Assembly: GCA_022447335.1 (NCBI GenBank)
Contig: JAKVCF010000001.1
Coordinates: 1-49,955, forward strand
Direction: 5' to 3'
Length of the DNA: 49,955 bases
Origin: Planctomycetota bacterium
GTDB lineage: Bacteria; Planctomycetota; UBA1135
The notes beneath the pieces are model-generated. The model saw only the letters and a program-made list of their open reading frames with translations. It was not told the origin of the DNA and did not search any database. Position 1 is the first letter of the stretch, and each line of letters begins with the position of its first letter. The translations under genes were made by a program, and so were the position numbers. This document shows, in pieces, positions 25,654 to 33,964 of this stretch.

Positions 25654-27531
25654 ATGCGCAGTCGTCCCTCCTGGATTCTGGCCTTCGCTCCTCTGGCCCT
25701 CGGTTTGGGAGCGCTCCGCTCGACTGAGTTGGCATCTAACGAGTGGCAATGGTTATTTTTGACGGACGACCGTCAGCCGGGTTACTCCGCTTCGCAAGGT
25801 GCGCCACCGGCAACGCGTGGCAGCGCTGATAGCTATGCGCCGAGCGAAAATGGGCACGGTCTTATCTTTAACCAAAAGGAGGATGTGCTGGTTGTGGCCG
25901 CTCCCTTAGGTGACCGATTTAGCCAGATGCCGCGTGCGGCGATGAGTGTCGAGGCTTGGGTCGCGATCGAGCGGCCGCAGCGCTGGGGTGGGGTCGTGAG
26001 CTGCCTACAAGACAATGCTAATTACGAGAAGGGATTCGTCCTGGGTTATGACGATCAGCACTTCACTTTCGGTCTGGCGACTACGGGCATGGATGATGGC
26101 GACGGCCGCATGAGTTACTTCACGGGGCGCACGCCCTTTGAAGTGGGGCGTTGGCATCATGTAGTTGCGACATTCGATGGCGAGGTTTCATGCATCTATG
26201 TCGATGGAGCGCTTGACTTCGAGTCGAAGTTACAGCATGGAGAAGTGCTGTACGACCCTAGTGCGCCTTTAGTGATTGGCGCTTACCGCGATGATAACGA
26301 AGACAATGTTCTTGATGGCCGCATGGCCTCTGTGACTATCAGCGACAAAGCCTGGTCACCGCGAGAGATTGCAAAGCGTTACGCCGAGCATCGTGAGCGG
26401 AGCAAGCTCCCGATATGGACTGATACAGAGTTTGGTTTTTCGGTAGACCCCTTCTTGACTTGGCCGCGTGTCGATGGAGTCAGCTTGCAATGTGAGACTA
26501 CCTTTCCAGCGCGTGCCGAGCTGCGCTTACGGCGTGACGATCAGGGCGAGATAGAGGTTGCTGCACATCGTTCGGAAGATATGCGCACACTTCATACTTT
26601 TCGTTTACGCGATCTGACTGCGAATCAGAAGTACTTCTACTCGGTATACGTTGAGAGTGCGAGCGGTGAATCGGTCGAGTCTCCGGTGCGTTCTTTCCGC
26701 ACCGCTTCAACGGAGGATCGTTCGTATACCTTCGCTGTGATTGGGGATACACAGACGAACGGAGCGGTGGCTGGGCGCGTGGCTCAACTGGCTTTCGAGC
26801 ATCGCCCAAATTTTGTTGTGCACTGTGGCGATCTAGTCGATACAGGTGGCAACAAGCGCGATTGGACCGATACTTTTTTCCCAGCTATGCAGCCGCTTCT
26901 CGCGCACGCACCGATGATGCCGGTCCTTGGCAATCATGAGCAGGATGCGCGACTCTATTACGACTACATGGATTTGCCCGACCCGGAACGCTGGTACAGT
27001 TTCGAATACGGCAACGCCGAGTTCTTCATGATCGATGGCAATCGTTCATTGGAAGATCAGTCGGAGCAGCTGGAATGGCTGAAGTCCGCACTACGGAATT
27101 CGAGGGCGACTTGGCGATTTGCCGTACTTCATCAGCCGCCTTATACCAGCGACTCCAATGATTATGGCAATACGGCGACGACTAGCTCGACGCGTGGAGA
27201 TATGAATGTGCGCAATATCGTGGCTTTGCTTGAGCGCTATGGAGTAGACCTATGCTTTTCAGGTCACGTACATGACTACGAGCGCACCTTTCCTATCTTT
27301 GGAGGGGAGGTGCAGCCCTATAGCAAGGGTGGAGTGATCTACGTCACCGCTGCCGGGGGAGGGGGGTCACTCGAAGATTTCGATGCAACTAACACGTGGT
27401 TTGGGCATAAGAAGGCGCGCCGCCACCATTTCGTCTATCTTGCGATTCATGGCGAACAGCTCGAATTGCATGCCGTAGATGAAGAAGGTCGACTTTTCGA
27501 CGTGCTGACGCTGCAGCAGCGCGGCCGCTAA
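25654..27531 (+). CDS. LamG-like domain + purple-acid-phosphatase-type metallophosphoesterase, secreted
   Basis: All five metallophosphoesterase motifs are present in order: VIGDTQ, HCGDLVD, GNHE, VLHQPP and GHVHDYER. N-terminal LamG-like block (MSVEAWVAIE...WHHVVATFDG...IYVDG). I prefer the ATG at 25654 (MRSRPSWILAFAPLALGLGA signal) over the TTG at 25615, which lies only 18 nt from the divergent gene. Confidence 0.8.
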   Translation: MRSRPSWILAFAPLALGLGALRSTELASNEWQWLFLTDDRQPGYSASQGAPPATRGSADSYAPSENGHGLIFNQKEDVLVVAAPLGDRFSQMPRAAMSVEAWVAIERPQRWGGVVSCLQDNANYEKGFVLGYDDQHFTFGLATTGMDDGDGRMSYFTGRTPFEVGRWHHVVATFDGEVSCIYVDGALDFESKLQHGEVLYDPSAPLVIGAYRDDNEDNVLDGRMASVTISDKAWSPREIAKRYAEHRERSKLPIWTDTEFGFSVDPFLTWPRVDGVSLQCETTFPARAELRLRRDDQGEIEVAAHRSEDMRTLHTFRLRDLTANQKYFYSVYVESASGESVESPVRSFRTASTEDRSYTFAVIGDTQTNGAVAGRVAQLAFEHRPNFVVHCGDLVDTGGNKRDWTDTFFPAMQPLLAHAPMMPVLGNHEQDARLYYDYMDLPDPERWYSFEYGNAEFFMIDGNRSLEDQSEQLEWLKSALRNSRATWRFAVLHQPPYTSDSNDYGNTATTSSTRGDMNVRNIVALLERYGVDLCFSGHVHDYERTFPIFGGEVQPYSKGGVIYVTAAGGGGSLEDFDATNTWFGHKKARRHHFVYLAIHGEQLELHAVDEEGRLFDVLTLQQRGR

Positions 27532-27587
27532 ATCGCAATTGAGGGCGGTGCGCCCAAGGTAGACGCGCTGGAAGGAGAGGGGTTCGG

Positions 27588-28010
27588 TCATTCGCCGACC
27601 AGAGTCAAGCTGACGTGTCGCGTATGCGGGGCCGCGCGATGTTCATAGAGGTAGAGGCCTTGCCACGTGCCGGCGGAGATGCGGCCGTGTGTTACTGGCA
27701 GACTCAAGCTGGTGGCAGTGAGTACCGAGCGTATATGCGCAGGCATGTCATCAGGGCCCTCTGCAGTGTGGCCAAACATCGGGTCACCGTCCGGGATGGC
27801 GCGCTGCATCCACTCTTCAAGATCGGATAGAACTTGCGGGTCAGCATTCTCGCAGATGATGAGCGAGGCCGAAGTGTGATGGATAAATACAGTGAGCACG
27901 CCGGTTTGCGCCGGAGTGCCTGCAACGAAGTGCTGCGCAGGTTCACTGATTTCGAGAAAGCCGCGCCCCGAGGTGCGGACTTGCAGCGTGTCCTGGAAGA
28001 TCGATGCCAT
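27588..28010 (-). CDS. yjbQ: YjbQ/UPF0047 family protein (secondary thiamine-phosphate synthase-like)
   Basis: 140 aa with VFIHHTSASLIICENADPQVLSDLE and the HIRS...GRISAGTWQGLYLYEH pattern characteristic of UPF0047. Confidence 0.85.
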   Translation of the reverse strand: MASIFQDTLQVRTSGRGFLEISEPAQHFVAGTPAQTGVLTVFIHHTSASLIICENADPQVLSDLEEWMQRAIPDGDPMFGHTAEGPDDMPAHIRSVLTATSLSLPVTHGRISAGTWQGLYLYEHRAAPHTRHVSLTLVGE

Positions 28011-28081
28011 CGTGTCGTTTCTATCATCGGGGACGCGCCGAGTCGCGTCCAGCTGAAGTGGCGCGGGCCTAAGATGGTCGG

Positions 28082-29104
28082 GTGATCAAGTACTTGGGCT
28101 CGAAGCGTACGCTGCTCCCTTGGATTCTCGAGACAATCGAGGAATGCGCGCAAGGTGAAAAGCTTCATGTGCTCGATCTCTTTTCAGGGACTTCGCGGGT
28201 GGGTCATGCGTTGAAGGCCGCGGGTCATCGTGTAACGGCTAATGATTGGAATACATATGCGGCGACTTTAGCGCGCTGCTATGTGCAGTCAGATGTCACA
28301 CGTGCGGCCGAAGCAGAAGCGCTTCTGCTCGAGCTCGCATCTCTTCCAGGGCGATCCGGGTATTTCACCGAGACTTTTTGCGAGCGAGCGCGATTTTTTC
28401 AGCCACGCAACGGTGCGCGAGTTGATGCCATCCGTGATCAGATTGCCGCATGGGATTGCGACCCTGAACTCGAGTCAATACTTCTAACCTCTCTGATGGA
28501 GGCTGCTGATCGTGTGGACTCTACTACCGGAGTGCAGATGGCTTACCTGAAGGATTGGGCGCCGCGCGCCCGAGGCGAGCTCGAATTGCGCATGCCCCAG
28601 TTGTTGTCGCAGCCGGCGGTGGGGCCGTGTCGCGCTATGCAGGCGGAAGCGCGTGAGGCCGCGGCAATGATCGAAGCCGACTTGGTGTATCTCGATCCGC
28701 CATACAATCAGCACAAATACGAGGGCAACTACCATGTCTGGGAGACTTTGGTGCGTTGGGATGCTCCCGAACACTACGGTGTGGCCCGTAAGCGTGTGGA
28801 TGTCCGCGAACGGCGCAGCGGATTCAACTCCAAGCCGGGAATCGCGGCCGCGCTGACTGAGGTTGTTGACGCGCTGCGCGCAAGATGGGCTCTAGTGTCT
28901 TTCAGCGACGAAGGCTTTCTCTCTCGCGAAGAGCTCGAATTGATCTTGGCGCGACGTGGCAATGTTCATGTATTAGAGCGGCCGCACAAGCGTTATGTCG
29001 GAGCGAAAATCGGTATCCACAATCCTGCGGGCGAGAAAGTGGGTACAGCCTCACACGCGAGCAACCGCGAATATCTTTTCGTGGTAGATCTCAGCTCTTC
29101 GTGA
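28082..29104 (+). CDS. N6-adenine DNA methyltransferase, D12/Dam-like class (alpha motif order)
   Basis: N-terminal IKYLGSKR, AdoMet motif DLFSGTSRVG, and catalytic DPPY at 28694..28705 (VYLDPPYNQ). GTG start from the ORF track. Confidence 0.8.
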   Translation: MIKYLGSKRTLLPWILETIEECAQGEKLHVLDLFSGTSRVGHALKAAGHRVTANDWNTYAATLARCYVQSDVTRAAEAEALLLELASLPGRSGYFTETFCERARFFQPRNGARVDAIRDQIAAWDCDPELESILLTSLMEAADRVDSTTGVQMAYLKDWAPRARGELELRMPQLLSQPAVGPCRAMQAEAREAAAMIEADLVYLDPPYNQHKYEGNYHVWETLVRWDAPEHYGVARKRVDVRERRSGFNSKPGIAAALTEVVDALRARWALVSFSDEGFLSREELELILARRGNVHVLERPHKRYVGAKIGIHNPAGEKVGTASHASNREYLFVVDLSSS

Positions 29105-29126
29105 GGGGCTTCATGCGCGAAAATCG

Positions 29127-29975
29127 CTACTTGACTGCGAGAACGTTGGTAGTCAAGCAGTTTGAGGTGTCGACTGCTTGGCCCCAGACAGCTCCGCAGA
29201 CTGCGGAAGGCACGAAAAAGGACAGGCTCGCGTTGCCGTTCGCATCGGCTGACGCGAAGCCTCCAACGCGTGCCGTTGAGTTCAGCCCGAGTTGAATCCC
29301 GGCGCAACGCCCACCGGGCACGACGTAGTTTCCGATTCCTCGCGCCCAAGCGAATGCGACTAGCTCGCCCGGTGTCATGCCGCTGACCAAGAAAGTCATC
29401 GAGCTCCCACAGTCCCCAACTTTGGTTAGCGATGGGCCGGTGAGCATATAGGTGTGAAATCCGATTCGCCACTCGGGCGGGAACGCGCCGCCATTGAGGA
29501 AGAGTGGGGGGTCATATTGCGTGTTTACTGGCGACTCATAACTGCCCGTTCCATTCATGCCGGTGTCAGTGCCGATTACTTGGATGACATAGGGTTCGCC
29601 CGCTCGCATCTGGATGTTTGCCGAGGTCACGTTGATCCAGGCGATCTCCGTGTTGCTCGTGCTCTTGGAATAGTTTCCGGTCCATACAGGAGTACTGGTC
29701 TGCCACGCGCTTCCAAGAAGAATGGCAAGCTTGATGGTGGATCCCGCCGATCCAGTCAGTTCAAGCTCAAATCCTTCGAGCTGACCATCAAAGCCAGCAA
29801 GAGTTTCGGCTTGCCAAGTGAGGCTGCTCGTACTGAAGTTGTAGGACGCACCCTGTGCACTGGTGCCTGCAGTCTCGCTGGAGAAGGGAGAAAGTTGGTC
29901 CAGGGAGCCAGTCTGAGCTTCCAGGGAAGGGGCGAGGATTAGCGCGAAGAGGGAGAGGAGGGTAGGGAGGCGCAT
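29127..29975 (-). CDS. Secreted hypothetical protein (Cys-containing C-terminal beta-rich module)
   Basis: Clear signal peptide MRLPTLLSLFALILAPSLEAQ. No recognisable catalytic motif. Ser/Thr/Gly-rich composition. Confidence 0.5.
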   Translation of the reverse strand: MRLPTLLSLFALILAPSLEAQTGSLDQLSPFSSETAGTSAQGASYNFSTSSLTWQAETLAGFDGQLEGFELELTGSAGSTIKLAILLGSAWQTSTPVWTGNYSKSTSNTEIAWINVTSANIQMRAGEPYVIQVIGTDTGMNGTGSYESPVNTQYDPPLFLNGGAFPPEWRIGFHTYMLTGPSLTKVGDCGSSMTFLVSGMTPGELVAFAWARGIGNYVVPGGRCAGIQLGLNSTARVGGFASADANGNASLSFFVPSAVCGAVWGQAVDTSNCLTTNVLAVK

Positions 29976-30021
29976 TGCTCCAGCCTACGCGAGGTTGGGA
30001 AATCCTGCCTCGCTGCCGCGA

Positions 30022-30732
30022 TCACCAAGGCAGGCTTTTGCCTGACCAGTTCACGAAGCTGCCCGAATCAGATAAGGACAAGTTGTCGATGCGTGCCAGC
30101 ATGCCGGCGACCGATTCGCCAATCTCAAGCGGTGCCGCGATACCTCCCATGTCAGTCTGTACCCAGCCTGGGTGAAGTAGCAGTACCGAGATTTCGTCGG
30201 GCGCAAGGTCGATGGCGAGGGATCGAGCGGCCGCATTCAATCCTGCTTTTGCAGAACGATAAAGGTACGAGCCGCCGGAACTGTTGTCCGTAATGCTGCC
30301 CATTAAGCTGGTCAGGAAGGCCACCTTCGCACCACCTTTGGTGGCGCCAGCGCGAAGCTGTGGGAGTAAGGCCTGCGCGGTCAAGATTGGGGCAATGGTG
30401 TTTACATGCAGTACTCGCTTCCAATCAGTTTCTGGCAATTCCCCCATGCAAATTCCTTTGGGTCCGTAGATCCCCGCATTGTGAATCAGCGTGTGGATTG
30501 CGCGCCCGTCGAGGGCTTCGGCGAGGGCGGAGCGGGAATCTGCGATGGCGACATCACAGCTAAGGGTTTCCAGTCGATTGTTGGCACCAAGGGAACTCGC
30601 GATCGTATGCAGAACATCAGCATCTGCTTCATTGCGAGTGGTTGCTATGACTTGGTCGCCACGCGTGAGTAGTCGCTCGACGAATCCTCGGCCTAGCCCA
30701 CGGCTGGCGCCCACGACAAGGGTAGAGGTCAT
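30022..30732 (-). CDS. Short-chain dehydrogenase/reductase (SDR) family oxidoreductase
   Basis: TLVVGASRGLGRG cofactor motif, NAG, and YRSAKAGLN (YxxxK). I prefer the ATG at 30732 (MTSTLVVGAS...) over the upstream ATG at 30771. Confidence 0.85.
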   Translation of the reverse strand: MTSTLVVGASRGLGRGFVERLLTRGDQVIATTRNEADADVLHTIASSLGANNRLETLSCDVAIADSRSALAEALDGRAIHTLIHNAGIYGPKGICMGELPETDWKRVLHVNTIAPILTAQALLPQLRAGATKGGAKVAFLTSLMGSITDNSSGGSYLYRSAKAGLNAAARSLAIDLAPDEISVLLLHPGWVQTDMGGIAAPLEIGESVAGMLARIDNLSLSDSGSFVNWSGKSLPW

Positions 30733-30786
30733 GGCAGCAGGATACGATGAGCGGAGGTGTGTGTTTTGCACACCGCAGTTTCCGAG

Positions 30787-32244
30787 CTATTCGGAGTGCC
30801 GATTCAGTAGCCACTGAATCCAGTCGAAGGCCTCGTCTAGAGCGACTTGCACAATGGTGAGGTGCTCGGTGTCCGGCACGATGCGGCCGACCAGGGTTGG
30901 GTGGCTGGACTCTTCCAGCTGCGCAATCAGCGCCTCGGCGCCTGGGCGGGCAAAGTCCTTTTCTCCGGCTTGTACCAAGATTGGGATCTTGCCGAGTGCA
31001 ACTAGCGTGGCCGCATCATTCGCTGGGCGGCCTCCGCCGATCAATACCATGCCAGCAATGCGAATGCCGGCCTCTTCAAGTAGGGCGGCTGCCGACAAGG
31101 CGGTTTGTGCTCCCATGGAATGGCCCAGTACAAAAATACGCTTTGGGTCTGCGTTTAGCATTTCCACTAACTGCTGCGTCACTGACGCGAGCTTAAAGCC
31201 AGCGTCCACACGTGGGGCGGCCAAGAATCCGCGCAGTGTATTGGCTTTCCGAGCCGCTTTACCGAAGCCATATCCCTCGAAGAATAGGTTCTCGCTACCG
31301 CCCATACCGTGGAGGGCGATCACCAAGGGTGGTTGTTCTTCCTTGGACTCTGGCCATTGCAGTCGGACGACGTCGCGACCTCGTTCACGCGGGAGTGCAA
31401 TCCACTCCTGACGAGCGATAGATCCACTGCGCTTACGCACCTGTTCTTCGTCGCCCTGTTGCCGTAACCATCGCATGTATCCTCCAGGGACTTGCAGCGC
31501 TTTTTGGTCAGCGACAAGGAGTTGTTCGGAACGATGAAGCAGAAACTCCCCCGGTAGTTTTGTCTCGAAGGAATCGCCTCGGAGCATGCCGCTGAGAATT
31601 TCAAGATGGAGTCGCGTCGTTGCGGTGACCCAGGGGGCGAGAGTGTCTATGGATGCTGAGCGAGTGTTTTGCACCGTGCGAGCTCGTTTGCGTGCGTTGG
31701 GCACTACTTCTGGATTGGCCGAGTAAATCGCAGGGAGTTCTCCATACGAGAAGCCATAGAGCTCCGAAGATGTGCCATACGGCCCTTCGGGCGAGGTAAT
31801 TGGGCCGTAGTCATACGTGAAAGGAAGCGACTTCACTTCGAATGACTTCTTCGCCTTCGGTACGTGAATCGTGATTGGATGTGGAAGATCGGCTGGGTAA
31901 ATCTGCGCGACTGTCAGGCGAAAAGAGTCGCCGGGTTCGAGCATCCACATATTTGGGGCGACGGAGAGGCAGTCGTAGGCGTTCAGATCTTTCCCAGCGA
32001 GCTGCGCACGCGCCTCGTCCAGCGCTCGTGCCGCGCCCGGAAGGTCGAGGCTGAAGAAGGCATTGACAGACTTTTCAATCACGGGCAGTGCATCGCGCCG
32101 CAACTGTGGTTGTTCTTGGGCGTGCTCAAAGGCGCGTTCCATTTCCTGCACACGCAGGCCCAACTCGTAGCGAAGGTCTGGGCTGGCATGCTCGGGTCCC
32201 TGCAAGAGAAGAGGCGCGAGCAGTGTTCCGTACAAGGGCAGCAT
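30787..32244 (-). CDS. Alpha/beta-hydrolase-fold protein with about 280-aa N-terminal domain of unknown function
   Basis: C-terminal half contains LHGMGGSEN, nucleophile elbow GHSMGA, and a distal D/H (GEKDF, PDTEH). Confidence 0.65.
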   Translation of the reverse strand: MLPLYGTLLAPLLLQGPEHASPDLRYELGLRVQEMERAFEHAQEQPQLRRDALPVIEKSVNAFFSLDLPGAARALDEARAQLAGKDLNAYDCLSVAPNMWMLEPGDSFRLTVAQIYPADLPHPITIHVPKAKKSFEVKSLPFTYDYGPITSPEGPYGTSSELYGFSYGELPAIYSANPEVVPNARKRARTVQNTRSASIDTLAPWVTATTRLHLEILSGMLRGDSFETKLPGEFLLHRSEQLLVADQKALQVPGGYMRWLRQQGDEEQVRKRSGSIARQEWIALPRERGRDVVRLQWPESKEEQPPLVIALHGMGGSENLFFEGYGFGKAARKANTLRGFLAAPRVDAGFKLASVTQQLVEMLNADPKRIFVLGHSMGAQTALSAAALLEEAGIRIAGMVLIGGGRPANDAATLVALGKIPILVQAGEKDFARPGAEALIAQLEESSHPTLVGRIVPDTEHLTIVQVALDEAFDWIQWLLNRHSE

Positions 32245-32481
32245 CAGTTCAGCTTATAGGGCAGAGCTTGGAAATAGTTGTGGCCGGCCTTGCAAAGCGA
32301 GATCCTGAAAAACTGTGTGGGCAGGAAGATTTTTGAGAGCACAAGGAAATCGTTTGCACAAGGGCTGAGGGTTTGATGTCTATGGAGTCCTTTTGGGCAA
32401 GCTGGGAGGCCGTGTTACGATGAGGGTTCGCGCTGGACAGATCAGGTCCAAAAATCCGAGTAAGAGAGTGAGTCGCAAGTG

Positions 32482-33816
32482 ATGATCGAGCCAAAGACTT
32501 TTCAGCCCATTTCGGGTCAGAAGCTGCTTGATCTTCCGCAAGTCCGTGCTCTGCCAGCGGATACCCAGTTTGCGATGCGCGTCGTGGCTACAGTTCTCCC
32601 TTTCCGGGTGAACAACCACGTGCTTGAGGAGCTGATTGACTGGTCTAGGGTGCCGGATGATCCGATGTTCCGGTTGGTTTTCCCGCAGCCTGGACAGCTG
32701 GAGCCCCAAGTTTTTGATCGCGTTGCAGAGTTGATCAAAGCTGGGGCCGATGAGGATACGGTCCAGCGCGAGGCCCGAGCGATCCAGACCCAGGATTTGA
32801 ATCCGCACCCGGCAGGGCAGCTGGAGCACAATGTGCCGCTGGTCGACGGGGTCCGCATGGATGGGATTCAGCACAAGTACCGCGAAACGGTGCTGTTTTT
32901 CCCTTCGCAGGGCCAGACCTGCCACGCTTACTGCGGCTATTGTTTCCGCTGGGCGCAGTTCGTCGGCATCGACGAACTTAAGTTCGCGTCGCGCGAGGCC
33001 GAAGGGCTGGCCTCCTATCTACGGGAGCATCCTGAGGTCACCGATGTCCTGTTGACAGGTGGCGACCCCATGGTCATGCGGACGAGGGTGCTTGAGCGTT
33101 ACATTGAGCCCTTGCTAACCCTTGATCATGTGCAGAGCATCCGAATTGGCACGAAAGCACTGGCGTGGTGGCCTTATCGCTTCGTCACCGACAAGGATTC
33201 CGACGATTTAATGCGTCTTTTCGAGCGGGTGCGTGGTGCTGGCAAGCGCATGGCGTTGATGGCTCATGCTAGTCATCCGGTCGAGCTCGAGCCGAAAGTG
33301 GCGCGCGAAGCTGTGCGTCGTATTCAGGACACGGGTGCAGTTATTCGCTGCCAGGCCCCTTTGGTGCGTCATGTTAATGACGACCCAGAAGTTTGGGCAG
33401 ACTTGTGGCGGGAAGAAGTGCGCCTCGGCATGGTGCCGTACTACATGTTCGTCGAGCGTGATACTGGTGCCCGGGCCTACTACCATCTGCCGTTGACGCG
33501 TGCGTTGGAGATCTACCGCGAGGCGCTGCGGCGTACTTCGGGTCTGGCGCGCACGGTGCGCGGGCCGTCGATGTCAGCGGACCCTGGTAAGGTTTGCTTG
33601 GATTCGATTGAGCGTATCGCGGGCGAAGAAGTCTTCGTTCTTCGCTTCTTGCAGAGCCGTAATCCGGATTGGTCGGGACGCACCTTCTTTGCGCGTTACG
33701 ACCCAAGTGCCGCTTGGCTCAATGAGTTGCAGCCGGCCTTTGGCGAGTCGAAGTTTTTCTTCGAAGAATCGGCTAGTGCCGTACAGGCCCAGTCGCGCAT
33801 CGCAGAATCGGTCTAG
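32482..33816 (+). CDS. KamA-family (lysine 2,3-aminomutase-like) radical SAM protein
   Basis: CHAYCGYCFRW (Cx3Cx2C) preceded by RETVLFFPS and followed by the LLTGGDPMV pattern typical of KamA/EpmB-type aminomutases. 444 aa. ATG at 32482, one codon inside the GTG ORF-track start. Confidence 0.8.
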   Translation: MIEPKTFQPISGQKLLDLPQVRALPADTQFAMRVVATVLPFRVNNHVLEELIDWSRVPDDPMFRLVFPQPGQLEPQVFDRVAELIKAGADEDTVQREARAIQTQDLNPHPAGQLEHNVPLVDGVRMDGIQHKYRETVLFFPSQGQTCHAYCGYCFRWAQFVGIDELKFASREAEGLASYLREHPEVTDVLLTGGDPMVMRTRVLERYIEPLLTLDHVQSIRIGTKALAWWPYRFVTDKDSDDLMRLFERVRGAGKRMALMAHASHPVELEPKVAREAVRRIQDTGAVIRCQAPLVRHVNDDPEVWADLWREEVRLGMVPYYMFVERDTGARAYYHLPLTRALEIYREALRRTSGLARTVRGPSMSADPGKVCLDSIERIAGEEVFVLRFLQSRNPDWSGRTFFARYDPSAAWLNELQPAFGESKFFFEESASAVQAQSRIAESV

Positions 33817-33964
33817 ATCGGGTTTATTGCAAGCTTCGCGCGGTAATCGTGCGAAGAGCTACTTGAGTCCAGCGCTTGGTCAGGTTAGAGAAGGTAGAGC
33901 CACAATGGTGGTCACCCCCATGCTCCGCACCTTTCTCTGCCGCGTCTTTCGCGGACGACCCAAG

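Noticed and set aside
29127-29975. The ORF downstream of the methyltransferase, considered as its candidate restriction endonuclease partner.
   Set aside because: It has a clear cleavable signal peptide and is Ser/Thr/Gly-rich and beta-type. It shows no PD-(D/E)xK, HNH or GIY-YIG-like motif by eye. It lies on the opposite strand.
33500-33964. The N-terminal ~155 aa of ORF 33500..34096, considered as part of the peroxiredoxin.
   Set aside because: This stretch overlaps the 3' end of the KamA-family gene in another frame. It translates to Arg-rich low-complexity sequence. Bcp homology begins only at MIQVGTTAPDF (ATG 33965).
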